A stretch of 64,000 nt of DNA, taken from contig CAVUWD010000011.1 of NCBI GenBank assembly GCA_963745025.1, positions 320,001-384,000 on the forward strand, in the 5' to 3' direction. This document shows positions 48,357 through 58,444 of this stretch, in pieces (the stretch's first letter is position 1; each line of letters begins with the position of its first letter). The position numbers and the translations under genes were made by a program. Under the pieces are notes generated by a model that was given only the letters and a program-made list of their open reading frames with translations, did no database searches and was not told the origin of the DNA. The DNA comes from an uncultured delta proteobacterium. GTDB taxonomy: Bacteria > Desulfobacterota > Binatia > JACPRU01.

Positions 48357-50666
48357 ATGAGCGAAGGAGAAGCGAGAGGGAGCCTGAGCGACCGTGAGCT
48401 CGTGGAGCGCTTCCTCAAGGCGAACGTCCGCTTTCTCGGTCCCGATCCAGAGATCATGCGGAACTTCCAGCTCGCCCCCCGCTCGGAGCGGGAGGAGCGG
48501 GTTCTTCGCGGCTCTACGGACCTGCACCTCTTCGAGGAGATCCGCAACGTCCTGAGCGGCGCCTGCAACCAGGACATGGACGTCGTCCGTCAGATGGTCG
48601 CCTCGCCGGCGGGACGCTTCGGAGACCTGTGTGTCGCGATCTTTGCCGCCAAGGGCGACATGGCCGTCGCTCCGTCGACCGGAGTCTTCGGGTTCTCGTC
48701 CGTCCTCCACTACGCGATTCGCTTCATCCTAAAGTACTACCGGGACGATCCCTCCGTCGGCCTGCGGCCCGGCGACTGCTTCGTGATGAACGACAGCTAC
48801 TACGGCGGGATCCACAACCCGGATCTTGCCTCCTTCATGCCCGTCTTCCACGACGGCGAGCTGGTCGCGTGGGTCTCCTGCGCGATGCACCATGGGGAGA
48901 TCGGAGCGGCGGACCCCGGCGGGATGGGTCCGATGATCGAGTCGCGGGCCGACGAGGGGCTGAAGATCCCGCCGACCCGCTACGCCGAAAACTACCGCAT
49001 CAAGACGGACCTGCTGACCTTCCTCCAGAACATGACGCGGGACGTGAACCTCATGGGCGTCGACCTGCGGACGCGCATGGCATCCTGCATCCGCATGGAG
49101 AAGAAGGTCCTCTCGCTGATCGCGCAGTACGGTATGGACGTGGTGGTCGGCGCGCTCCGGCACGGGATCGAGGCGGTCGAGGCCGAGGCCAGGCGGCGGA
49201 TCGCGGCTCTGCCCGATGGCACAGCTCGAGTCCAGATGTTCTCGGACTCGACGATGAGGGAGGACGCGCTGATCAAGGTTCACCTCGAGGCGACCCTGCG
49301 CGGAGGCGAGCTCGTCCTCGATTTCCGGGGAAGCTCTCCCCAGATCGGAAACCGGCCGATCAACCAGGCGTTTCACATCGCGGGCGTCTACGGGGCGATG
49401 ACTCTCTTCCAGTACTTCTGGCCCGACCTGCCCCACATCAACGCGGCGATGGCGCCCGTGCGGGTCGTGACCGATCCGGGCTCGATCCTCGACGCGCAGA
49501 ACGCTCCGGTCGCGCTCAGCATGCAACCCTTCTTCAAGGCGATCACGGCGATGCACGTGGCGCTGACGAAGCTCGGCTTCTCGGTGCCGGAGAAGCGAGC
49601 CCGGCCGATCGCGCCCTGGTTCAACCAGCCCCTCACCTTCATCTACGGCGGGCTCACGCAGCACATGCAGCAGGTCGGAAACCTCTGCGCCGACATCAAT
49701 GGGATGCCCGGCGGGGCGAAGTGGGACGACGATGGCGAGCACTCGATCGCCCCGAACTTTGCGGCCTACGTGGACTGCGGCGAGTCGGAGCTCACGGAGG
49801 AAGAGCTGCCGTTTCTCTATTTCACCTCGAAGCGGCTTTTGCGGGACAACGTCGGGTTCGGAAAGTTCCGCGGCGGCGCGGGTTACGAGATCGCGATCTC
49901 GAAGCGTGGCTCGCCTTTCTTCGGGTTCATGTCGATCTGCGGCGGTTCGAAGTTCCCCTCGACGATCGGCCTCTTCGGCGGCTACGCGTGCCCGACGTAT
50001 CCCCTCGCCAGGATCAAGGGGGTCAACGTGTTCGAGGAAATCCGCAAAGACCCCTCGAAGTTCCAGGCGTCGCTCGTCGACCTGATGAACCGCAGGCCCT
50101 TCCCAGGAGGGGACTACACGACTCACCGAAACGCCCTGCCGTTCGAGGTCGCCGAGGAGGGTGAGCTCTACATGACGTCCCAGGGAGCCGGTGGCGGCTA
50201 CGGCGACGTCCTGCAGAGGGATCCCGAGCGCGTGATGCGGGATCTACGCGAAGGGCTGATCTCCCACGAGACGGCGCGCGAGGTCTACAAAGTCGTCTAC
50301 GACGAGGAGACCCACGCCGTCGACGTCGACGCGACGAGACGCCTGCGGGACGACGAGCGAGAGGCGCGCAAGCGGCGCGGCGTTTCGTACGCCGAGTTCG
50401 TGAAGCGATGGTGCCGCGAGCGACCGCCCGAGGGGATCCCATACCTCGGCAGCTGGGGGCCGGACCGGACGACGCTCTGGACGCCGGCCGGGCCGATCCT
50501 GGCCGACCAGATCGGAGCGGGATACCTGTTCCCGGATCCAGGTCAGGTCGAGATCACGAGGCTCCGGGCCGCGCTCGAGGCGGCTGGGAAACGCATCGCC
50601 GAGTTCGAGGCCCGGGCCGGCGCCGACGACGGAGTGCGCAGGCCATGCAAGGGCCGGGAGGCGTAA
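48357..50666 (+). CDS. apcD: Acetophenone carboxylase delta-like catalytic subunit (hydantoinase B family)
   Basis: FLGPDPEIM, SPAGRFGD, NDSYYGGIHNPD, HHGEIG, GFGKFRGG, GGGYGDVL; RBS GGAGG. Confidence 0.82.
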   Translation: MSEGEARGSLSDRELVERFLKANVRFLGPDPEIMRNFQLAPRSEREERVLRGSTDLHLFEEIRNVLSGACNQDMDVVRQMVASPAGRFGDLCVAIFAAKGDMAVAPSTGVFGFSSVLHYAIRFILKYYRDDPSVGLRPGDCFVMNDSYYGGIHNPDLASFMPVFHDGELVAWVSCAMHHGEIGAADPGGMGPMIESRADEGLKIPPTRYAENYRIKTDLLTFLQNMTRDVNLMGVDLRTRMASCIRMEKKVLSLIAQYGMDVVVGALRHGIEAVEAEARRRIAALPDGTARVQMFSDSTMREDALIKVHLEATLRGGELVLDFRGSSPQIGNRPINQAFHIAGVYGAMTLFQYFWPDLPHINAAMAPVRVVTDPGSILDAQNAPVALSMQPFFKAITAMHVALTKLGFSVPEKRARPIAPWFNQPLTFIYGGLTQHMQQVGNLCADINGMPGGAKWDDDGEHSIAPNFAAYVDCGESELTEEELPFLYFTSKRLLRDNVGFGKFRGGAGYEIAISKRGSPFFGFMSICGGSKFPSTIGLFGGYACPTYPLARIKGVNVFEEIRKDPSKFQASLVDLMNRRPFPGGDYTTHRNALPFEVAEEGELYMTSQGAGGGYGDVLQRDPERVMRDLREGLISHETAREVYKVVYDEETHAVDVDATRRLRDDEREARKRRGVSYAEFVKRWCRERPPEGIPYLGSWGPDRTTLWTPAGPILADQIGAGYLFPDPGQVEITRLRAALEAAGKRIAEFEARAGADDGVRRPCKGREA

Positions 50667-52222
50667 TGAGAGTCATCGACTACTTCGATCGGGGTGCGCT
50701 CCTCGATCCAGGGCAGATCGCCCTGATCTCGAGCGGGGAGCGCTTCACCTACCGGGAGCTGCAAGGCGTTTCGCACCGCATCGCTGCGGCGATGGCGCGC
50801 CGCGGAATCGGTGGGGTGCCGCACGCGGCGATCCTGTCACGGAACGATCCCCTCGCCGTGCAGGCGCTCCTCGGAGTCTTCCGCGCCGGCGCCGCATGGG
50901 TGCCGATCAATCCGATGAATGCCGCCGACACGAACGCCGAGATCATGCGCTACGCCGACGTCGAGTGGCTCTTCTATCACGGCGATTCGGCGGCGCAGGT
51001 TCCGCGGTTCCGGGAGGCGGTGCCGACGCTCCGGCACCTCGTTTGCCTCGATCGCGACGACGGCGAGGTTCCGTCGCTCGCCCGGTTCATGGCGGACGAG
51101 GGGAACGGACCCGTGCCGCAGTTCCCTTGCGACCCGGACCGCCTCGTCGGGATCTTCCCGACGGGCGGGACCACGGGCCCCTCGAAGGCCGTGATTCACA
51201 CCGCCCTCGTCTGGCAAACCTGTTTCGTCCTCGCTCACCTTCACTGGTTCACCAAGGAGCGTCCCATCTTCCTCGGCGTGACCCCGATGACCCATGCAGC
51301 CGGTCTGATGGCCTACCTGCACACGGTTCGTGGCGGGACGATGATCCTCGAGGACGGGTTCGATCCGAAACGCTGGTGCGAGGCCGTCGAGACCCACCGC
51401 GCGACCCACAGTTTCCTCCCGCCGACGGCGCTCTATGCTCTGCTCGCCTATCCGGGCATCCGTAAGCACGACTTCTCGAGCCTTCGCTACTTCTGCGTCG
51501 CCGCCGCACCGGTCTCGCCGGACAAGCTGAGGGAGGCGGTCGAGGTCCTGGGTCCGTGCATGTGCGAGGTGTTCGGCCAGGCGGAGGCGCCGGCGTTCCT
51601 CACCGCGCTCTCTCCGGACGAGATCGCGGCCGCCGCGGCCGGCGCGAAGCCACACCTCCTCAAGAGCTGCGGCCGCCCGACGATGCTCGCCAAGGTTGGG
51701 ATCATGGACGACATGGGCAATCTCCTCGGTCCCCGAGAGACCGGCGAGATCGTCTCGCAGTCGTTCCTGAACGTGCCCGGGTACTACAAGAAGCCCGAGG
51801 CGACGGCGGAGGTCCGTCAGTTCGGATGGCACCATACGGGCGACGTCGGGTACTTCGACGAGGAAGGCTACTTCTACATCGTCGACCGGAAGAAGGACAT
51901 GATCATCACCGGCGGATTCAACGTCTTCTCCGCCGAAGTCGAGCAGGCCGTCCTCTCGGTCGAAGCGATCCAGGACTGCGCGGTGATCGGCATTCCCGAC
52001 CCGAAGTGGGGCGAGGCGGTGACGGCGATCGTGGAGCTCAAGGCGGGAAAGACAATCGCCGCCGACGAGGTCATCGCCGCCTGCAAAGCGAAGCTCGGCA
52101 GCGTCAAGGCGCCGAAGCGGATCGAGTTCCTGGCGAGCCTTCCCCGCACGCCGAACGGCAAAATCGACAAGGCGACGATCCGCAAGAAGTTCTGGGAAGG
52201 TCGCGAGCGGAGCGTCAACTGA
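50666..52222 (+). CDS. Acyl-CoA synthetase (AMP-forming)
   Basis: PTGGTTGPSK, FGQAE, HTGD, DRKKDMIITGGFNV, PDPKWGE, NGKID; TAATG overlap with apcD. Confidence 0.92.
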   Translation: MRVIDYFDRGALLDPGQIALISSGERFTYRELQGVSHRIAAAMARRGIGGVPHAAILSRNDPLAVQALLGVFRAGAAWVPINPMNAADTNAEIMRYADVEWLFYHGDSAAQVPRFREAVPTLRHLVCLDRDDGEVPSLARFMADEGNGPVPQFPCDPDRLVGIFPTGGTTGPSKAVIHTALVWQTCFVLAHLHWFTKERPIFLGVTPMTHAAGLMAYLHTVRGGTMILEDGFDPKRWCEAVETHRATHSFLPPTALYALLAYPGIRKHDFSSLRYFCVAAAPVSPDKLREAVEVLGPCMCEVFGQAEAPAFLTALSPDEIAAAAAGAKPHLLKSCGRPTMLAKVGIMDDMGNLLGPRETGEIVSQSFLNVPGYYKKPEATAEVRQFGWHHTGDVGYFDEEGYFYIVDRKKDMIITGGFNVFSAEVEQAVLSVEAIQDCAVIGIPDPKWGEAVTAIVELKAGKTIAADEVIAACKAKLGSVKAPKRIEFLASLPRTPNGKIDKATIRKKFWEGRERSVN

Positions 52223-52257
52223 CCGCACGGGTGAGCCACAACCAAGAAAGGGCAGGG

Positions 52258-53514
52258 ATGGAACCCGTTTACTTACTCGGCATCTACGCCACCCCGGTCC
52301 GCCGCTACGCGGACCGGACCTTCAAGGACCTGGTTCGCGAGGCCTGCGTGAACACCCTAGCCGATGCCCGCCTCGAGCGGCCTCCCGATCTCGGCATGGC
52401 CTACTTCGCCAACTCCTTCATGGACTACTGGGGCCAGTCGGCCTGTCGGGGCCACGTCTGTCTCGCGCCGCTCGTGGACGAGGGCATTCTTCCGGATCGC
52501 CTGCCCGTGGTGAACGTGGAGAGCGGCTGCGCGACCGGTTCGGCGGCCTTTCATTCCGCCTGCAGGGAGATCCTCGCCGGCGCGGCGGACGCGGCACTCG
52601 CCGTTGGCGTGGAGAAGCTCTACGACGACGCGAATCCGCGAGCTGTCCTCGCGCACATCGCGAGAGCGGCGGATCAGTTCGATCCGGATCACTGGCTCGC
52701 CATCTGGCGGGACTGGGCGTCCGAGGTCGGCAAGCAGCTCGGCCTCGGGGAGGATCGCTCCTTGGCGATGGACTATTACGCGACCGCCGCCCTCCACCAC
52801 ATGAAGCGCTACGGGACGACGGTCGAGCAGATTGCCCTCGCCGCCGCCCTCGGCCACAACCACGGGGCGAAGAACCCGCGCGCCCAGTATCGCTTCGAGA
52901 CGACGGTCGAGGAGGTGCTCGCGGACCGCGTGGTCTCCGCGCCGCTGACGCGCTCCATGTGCGCCCCCGTCGGCGACGGTGCGGCCGCCGCGCTCGTCTG
53001 CTCACGCCGCTTCCTCGAGCGGGTCTCTCCGGAGGCCCGCGCGCGGGCGCTGCGCGTCCGGGGTTGGGCCTTCGCGGGCGGGAAGTACGCCCCTACGCCG
53101 GACGAGCCGAAGACGGCGGAGGTCGCCGCGAAGAAGGCCTACGCCGCCGCGGGCGTGTCGCCGCGGGACATCGACCTTGTCGAGCTCCACGACGCCACCT
53201 CCTTCGCGACGGTTCACCTCGTGGAGGATCTCGGGCTCTGCCCCAGGGGAGAGGGCGGACGCTTCCTCGAGTCGGGAGCGACGAGGCTCGGCGGTGAGGT
53301 TCCGGTCAACCTCTCGGGCGGTCTCGTCGCCCGGGGCCATCCGATCGGCGCGACGGGCCTGATGATGCTGAACGAGCTCGCGATTCAGCTCCGCGGCGAG
53401 GCAGGGGACATGCAGATCGAGGGTGCGGCGATCGGGCTCCAGGAGAACGGCGGCGGGATCATCGGACGGGAGGTCGCGTCCGCATCGGTGATCCTGCTCG
53501 AACGCGAGCGGTAG
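52258..53514 (+). CDS. Thiolase (SCP2/SCP-x type)
   Basis: NVESGCATG, GVEKL, NPRAQY, VGDGAAA, ELHDAT, NLSGGLVARGHPIGATG. Confidence 0.9.
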   Translation: MEPVYLLGIYATPVRRYADRTFKDLVREACVNTLADARLERPPDLGMAYFANSFMDYWGQSACRGHVCLAPLVDEGILPDRLPVVNVESGCATGSAAFHSACREILAGAADAALAVGVEKLYDDANPRAVLAHIARAADQFDPDHWLAIWRDWASEVGKQLGLGEDRSLAMDYYATAALHHMKRYGTTVEQIALAAALGHNHGAKNPRAQYRFETTVEEVLADRVVSAPLTRSMCAPVGDGAAAALVCSRRFLERVSPEARARALRVRGWAFAGGKYAPTPDEPKTAEVAAKKAYAAAGVSPRDIDLVELHDATSFATVHLVEDLGLCPRGEGGRFLESGATRLGGEVPVNLSGGLVARGHPIGATGLMMLNELAIQLRGEAGDMQIEGAAIGLQENGGGIIGREVASASVILLERER

Positions 53515-53563
53515 CGGAGGTCGAGTGTCCCACCAGGTCCGGCGTTGAGAGCGCCCGCGACCG

Positions 53564-54439
53564 TCACGCCAAGCGAGGCTCGACGCGGATGCGCGCGCCG
53601 TGCACCGCGGCTTCGTCGATCTCCCACCACGTCGGTTCGGCATCGCAACGCGTGAGGCCGATGCCGTTTGCGCGGAGCGCGCTCGTCGTGGCGTCGAGGT
53701 CGGTCGATTCGAGCACGAGCGAGTACATGCCTTCTCCGTGGCTGCGCAGGAACGCAGCGAGCTCCCGCCCGAAGCCCCTGCCGTCGTCGATCGGAGACGT
53801 GATCTCGATCCTGCCACCGCTCGGCGGCGCACATACGGCGACCCGCACTCCGCGCGCGCCGTCCGCGGGCTCCACCCGCGTGGGAATGCCGAGGCGGTCG
53901 CGATAGACGCTCACCGCAGCGTCGAGGTCCGCCACGGCGACGATCGCGCGGGAGATTCCCGCCAAGCGTGCCCGGCTCGCGCGCTCCGAGGCCGGCCCCA
54001 AACCCTGCTCGATCTCCCGCTCGAGATCTTCCGCCGAACCCGAGGGGTATATGCGGATCAGCACCCCGTGGGTGTTCTTCGGGTGGATGTCGCGGCCGCC
54101 TGCGTCCTGCATGAGCGGCATGACCTCGAGTCCGCGCGAGGCGAGCGCGTCGGCTTCGGCGTTCGGGTCCGGGGCATACAGCATCAGCGCGAAGAGCCCC
54201 TCGCCGCGGCGGTCGAGGAAACGGATGAGACTTCGGCTGTGGGCTCGCGCGGGATCATCGGGCGACATCAGCTCGATGTGACTCCCGCCCGTCGGAACGC
54301 AGAGCGACATGCGGATGCCGAGGGCTTCGCGAAGCCACTTGAACTCGTGGACGGGCATGCCAAGCCCGTCGCGGAAGGTGGCGATCGCGCGGTCCATGTC
54401 GCGGACGGCGATCGCGATGCGCGGCATGGCGGTGATCAT
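53564..54439 (-). CDS. Two-domain VOC family protein (methylmalonyl-CoA epimerase-like)
   Basis: Two glyoxalase repeats: IAIAVRDMD...IELMSP...FLDRRGEG and VAVADLD...IEITSP...FLRSHGEG. Confidence 0.82.
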   Translation of the reverse strand: MITAMPRIAIAVRDMDRAIATFRDGLGMPVHEFKWLREALGIRMSLCVPTGGSHIELMSPDDPARAHSRSLIRFLDRRGEGLFALMLYAPDPNAEADALASRGLEVMPLMQDAGGRDIHPKNTHGVLIRIYPSGSAEDLEREIEQGLGPASERASRARLAGISRAIVAVADLDAAVSVYRDRLGIPTRVEPADGARGVRVAVCAPPSGGRIEITSPIDDGRGFGRELAAFLRSHGEGMYSLVLESTDLDATTSALRANGIGLTRCDAEPTWWEIDEAAVHGARIRVEPRLA

Positions 54440-54618
54440 GGAGCGACCCTGTTCCAGAACTCATTGCGCAGCACGCTCACGAGCCGCGGATGCTCGGCGC
54501 CCGACGCGACGCTCGGCGCGAGATGGATCTCCACGGCCTCGGGGGTGATTTTTCGGCTCGACTGGAATTCGAATGGAGTCATTGGCGGGCCTCGCTCGTC
54601 AACCGAATCGAGGGGAGG

Positions 54619-56413
54619 CTACGCCATCCGAGCGGTATTCCCAAGCATGCCAAGCGGGAAATGAACGCGTGCCTCTGCGTCAGGATGCCTCGTGCAGCAC
54701 GCCCTAGCCCATGTATGTTTGCGTACCATGAACGTCGGCGAAGAACAGCGCAGGAGCTCACGGACACGCCCGCTTTCTGCTATCCAAGGGCCGAGATCAA
54801 CTGTCCCACCCCCACACAAATCAGTAAGGTTGGCAAACCACGAACCGCTGCCTCTCTTACGAGAGAAGTGACCAGTGACGGCGATCGACTCATAACACTC
54901 GCCTTGGCATTCGGGGGGGGCCGTCAAGGAAAAAGCGGCAACGCAATGTTGCCAGAAGTGCCTCTCGCTTGGCGGGCTTCCGAGCCCCTTCGTCGGATCA
55001 ACACCGAAGAGGGGCGGTGGGTTCAAGTCCCCCTCCTCGCATTTCAGCTGCACCAGAACCTTCGCGGACTTAGAAGACACTTTCGCTTTTTCAGCGTGAA
55101 GGTTCCGGTCTAGGTTCCGGTTTCGACGCGACGCGACTTTCGCTTCCGCGTCGGAAACGGCTTGGTCCTGCGTGTGGCTTTGGCGCTCCAGGGCCTCGAT
55201 GATCGCCGGGTCAAGACCGCGATCCGGGATGTACTTCCCATAGTGCCGCTCGATCATCTGCAGGCTGGTGCCGTGGTACTTCGCGACGCCCCAAGGATTC
55301 GCTCCTTGGGTGAGCTGCCAAGAGATCGACGTGTCCCGCGTGCAGTAGAAGACACGCTGGCGGATCCCAAGACGGCGTAGTGTGTCGTAGAAGCCGTGGT
55401 CGACAGGCCAGTCGCGCACGTAGAGCGATTCCGACCCAGGGCCGGTGAAGAAGAAGTCGTCGGGCTTTGGGTGAAGGCGACCCGACCGGCTGTTCACGAG
55501 GACGTCGACGACATTCGGATAGAGCTTGATCAACCGCTTCGAGCCGCGCGTCTTCGGTTCGTTGTCCTCGCCCTCGTCGCGGCTCTTGTTGATCCGGACC
55601 GTGCCCTCCCTGAGGTCCACGTCCGCTTCGCGTAGAGCGGCCGTCTCCGACGGGCGGCAGCCCGTCCAGAACTGGAAGTACAGGAACGGGTACCAGTACA
55701 GCTTGTGCTGCCGATACCACTCGAGGATCCGGTCGCGCTCAACCGCTTCGAACGGATCGGGCTCGTCGCTAGCGACGACGCCCACGATCGTGTCTTCCTT
55801 CGGCCAGCGAAGGTTCGCGGGGAACGGGTCCATCGCGGGCACGCCGTGACGCTCCATCGCCTCGACGATTAGGGACCGGAAGTAGCTCGTGACGATGTTC
55901 CGGACCGTCTTCACCTTGATCGTTCGAATCGAGCGCTTGCCGGCCTCGCGATCCGTACGCCGGACACGCCTGCGCAAGAGATCGTCCTGAAGCTTCTTGA
56001 CCTTCGCTGTCGTGATCTCGGCGAGCGGCGTCTTCTTGCCGAGTATCGGCAGGATGATGTTCTGGACGTACGAGGTCGCCTTGCGCCAGTAGTTGCGACG
56101 TTCACGCTCGGCGATGTGCGTGAGCCACCACTCCGCAAACTCGCCGAGCGTGATCGGCTTCGTCTCCGCCGCAGGCTTGTCTGGCATCAGGCGAGGCGGG
56201 CAGTCGCCTAGAACGGCCAGCAACGCCGCGTGGAGCTCATCTCCGGCCTCCAAGCGCTCGGAGACGAGTACCGCTTTGGCTTCGAGTCGCCGGCGGCACT
56301 TACCGCCCTCTCCGTCGTCGCGCAGCTTCGTGCCGATCCACTCGTCGCGTCCGCGCCAGAAGATGCGGAAGGCGAGATACCCGTGGCGACTCCGGCTGAC
56401 CTGGAACGGCCAT
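54619..56413 (-). CDS. int: Tyrosine recombinase/phage integrase; probable 1-nt error just after the start; the frame reads through the att core
   Basis: Arm domain RHGYLAFRIFW, core-binding domain TLGEFAEWW...ILPILG, FWTGCRPSE, PKT, FYCTRDT, HGTSLQMIERHY. Confidence 0.9.
55019..55041 (+). mobile_element. att core: 3' fragment of a tRNA (probably Leu), not an intact tRNA
   Basis: GGGTTCAAGTCCCCCTCCTCGCA is a T-loop, 3' T-stem, acceptor strand and A discriminator. No 5' half upstream. It abuts the integrase. Confidence 0.8.
55100..55121. repeat. Tandem 10-bp direct repeat AGGTTCCGGT (candidate integrase arm-type sites)
   Basis: Copies at 55100-55109 and 55112-55121, about 60 bp from the att core. 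Confidence 0.65.
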
Positions 56414-56702
56414 CTACGCGACTCTTCTGCCTCCGGGCTGCGCCAACGGCAAGCGATCGTCGTCGCGCTCGTTGCGGTCGGTGCCTTCGAGCCATGAGAC
56501 AAGCGCAGAGTGAATCCATCGAAGACCTATGCCTCGGCGCGTGTGATAGTGAATGCCTTCGCGAAAGATCCCGAGCGCGATCTTGTTGCGGAGACTCTTC
56601 GGCGAGAGCCTCAGGAACTCTCCCGCCTCTCTCGTGGTCATGTACTCGCTGGGATGCTGGAGCGTCGAAGATCGCATCGGTCGTCCTCTCGACCCTTCCC
56701 AT
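56414..56702 (-). CDS. Excisionase-like HTH protein; probable frameshift near 56650
   Basis: EYMTTREAGEFLRLSPKSLRNKIALGIFREGIHY; GAGGAGG RBS before ATG 56702; its stop abuts the integrase start. Confidence 0.8.
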
Positions 56703-57043
56703 CGCGACCTCCTCACTCCCCTCGGGTCTTGCCATCGACAGCAGAGGATCGTGTGCGCGTATCGCGAGTCGATTTCCAGAGGGGAAATCGAATTCGCGAA
56801 ACACGGTGTTTCAAGCGTCGCTCTAAAGTTTGCCGCCGGTCAGAGGGAGGGAGAATATGGTAACGTGATCGACGCGATGACCGACCAATCCAAGATTCGG
56901 CGATTCTGCAGGAACCGACGTGGAACCTGGAGCCGGCGCTTTCGAGCACTCGCCGGGTGCGCCGCCGACTTCCCGTATCCCGGTGACCTTTCGCTCGCTT
57001 TACGCGGTACCAAGAACCGCGGTGAGCTGCTATTAGGGCCGTG

Positions 57044-57256
57044 ATGGATCTACCGGTCGTACTGCGCGCTGGTGAGGATGGCTTCCTTGTCGCGGAGTGC
57101 CCTGCGATCCCCGGATGCATCAGCCAGGGTCGTACCCGCGAAGAGGCGCTCGCAAACATCCGCGAAGCGATCGAGCTCTGTCTCGAGAACCGATCCGAAG
57201 AGGGCTGGCAGCTTCCCATCGAGTACGAGATCGTCCGCGTCGCGGTCGGCGGCTGA
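57044..57256 (+). CDS. hicB: HicB antitoxin (short form, no DNA-binding domain)
   Basis: EDGFLVAECPAIPGCISQGRTREEALANIREAIELCL. Confidence 0.93.
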   Translation: MDLPVVLRAGEDGFLVAECPAIPGCISQGRTREEALANIREAIELCLENRSEEGWQLPIEYEIVRVAVGG

Positions 57257-57387
57257 GGCCCCGCTGGCGGCCCGTTCCGTTACGATTTACAGTCGCCGTC
57301 CTCGCTCCTGCGCACCTCCGAAACATGGCGATTTGGAGCTGGGTAGAGAATGGTCCTGTGACGTCGATGGACTCGTAGAGGTGTGCG

Positions 57388-57609
57388 GTGGCAGCTCTTC
57401 CGGCGATCTCAGGCAAGCAATGCGTGGCGGCGCTCGCGAAGCTCGGATACCGTCAGGCACGCCAGCGCGGGAGCCACGTGCGGCTCGTCTGTGAGGGTCG
57501 GACTCCCGTCACGGTTCCCCTGCATGACACGGTCGATCGCGGCACGCTGCGCAGCATTCTGAGGGTCACCGACATCTCGGTCGACGACTTCATCACGCTC
57601 CTCAAGTGA
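57388..57609 (+). CDS. hicA: HicA mRNA interferase toxin
   Basis: LPAISG...LAKLGY...RQRGSHVRL...TVPLH...GTLRSIL. Confidence 0.93.
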   Translation: MAALPAISGKQCVAALAKLGYRQARQRGSHVRLVCEGRTPVTVPLHDTVDRGTLRSILRVTDISVDDFITLLK

Positions 57610-58444
57610 GGAGCCATCGGGTCGCAAAGGCGATCCGAGAAAGCGCGAGCTCAGGTCCAAAGCATGTCAGACGCGACTCGCAACAAAATCTGTCTAGCCG
57701 ACAAATTTTACTTTCTCTTCCGACCAGTTCGCTCCAGTTGTCTGCCGTGCTTTATCTTGCATTACGCACGACACATTCGTCTGAAGTTTTCCCAGCCGAA
57801 TCATCGACCTTCTCCACGGTCGACCGGGGCGGAAGCTCGAGGCTCGCTACGCGTCGACTCGGAAACTTTTCTCGAAGATTTTCCAGGCGATCGCGGCGCC
57901 GAGACGGCCCAACCTTCGATACTTCCTTCGCTGAACCATCGGGATTGCCATCGGCCGCTCGCAGATGAAGCTCGCGACTCAACGCGCGAGGACTTGGAAC
58001 GTTCATCGGCGCTTTTCTAACTGCGTCGTTGGGTCAGAACGTGAACGCTCCAACCGGTGTCGGACTGATGATCGGTGTGCGGCTCACTGACGCCGGCAGC
58101 GCTGTCGTATGCGCAACCAGCGATTGTCGGCGCTCAACTTCACCACTCTGCCATCGACAACACGAACCCTGGTGAAACCTGCGGGTCGAAGGTCTCTGCC
58201 GCGTGAGGGAACCTCATCTTCGGCAGAACGTCGAAGGGTATAATCAGCTGTGAGTGTCGAAATAGACGTAGCTCGTGACTCCAGATCGATGGGCCGGCCC
58301 GCACATGGTCGGCATCGTGACATCGACGATGCCGGGCTCCGGGGCGAGCTCGCAGAAGAGCGACGTTCCCCACCGTGAGCACGAGCGTCGATTCCCGGTC
58401 GTCGAGCCGTCCTCGTCCCGGGCTTGCAGACGCCGGTCGAGTAG

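Noticed and set aside
46197-50666. Apparent 1489-aa fused oxoprolinase
   Set aside because: A frameshift near 46665 joins the apcC start to apcD through a non-coding frame. apcD has its own RBS and ATG at 48357.
54960-55041. Intact tRNA gene
   Set aside because: Only the T-loop and 3' acceptor strand are present. There is no D arm, anticodon arm or complementary 5' strand.
56810-56815. TTCAAG as the second att site of a 1.8-kb element
   Set aside because: A 6-bp match is expected by chance, and I saw no arm repeats nearby.
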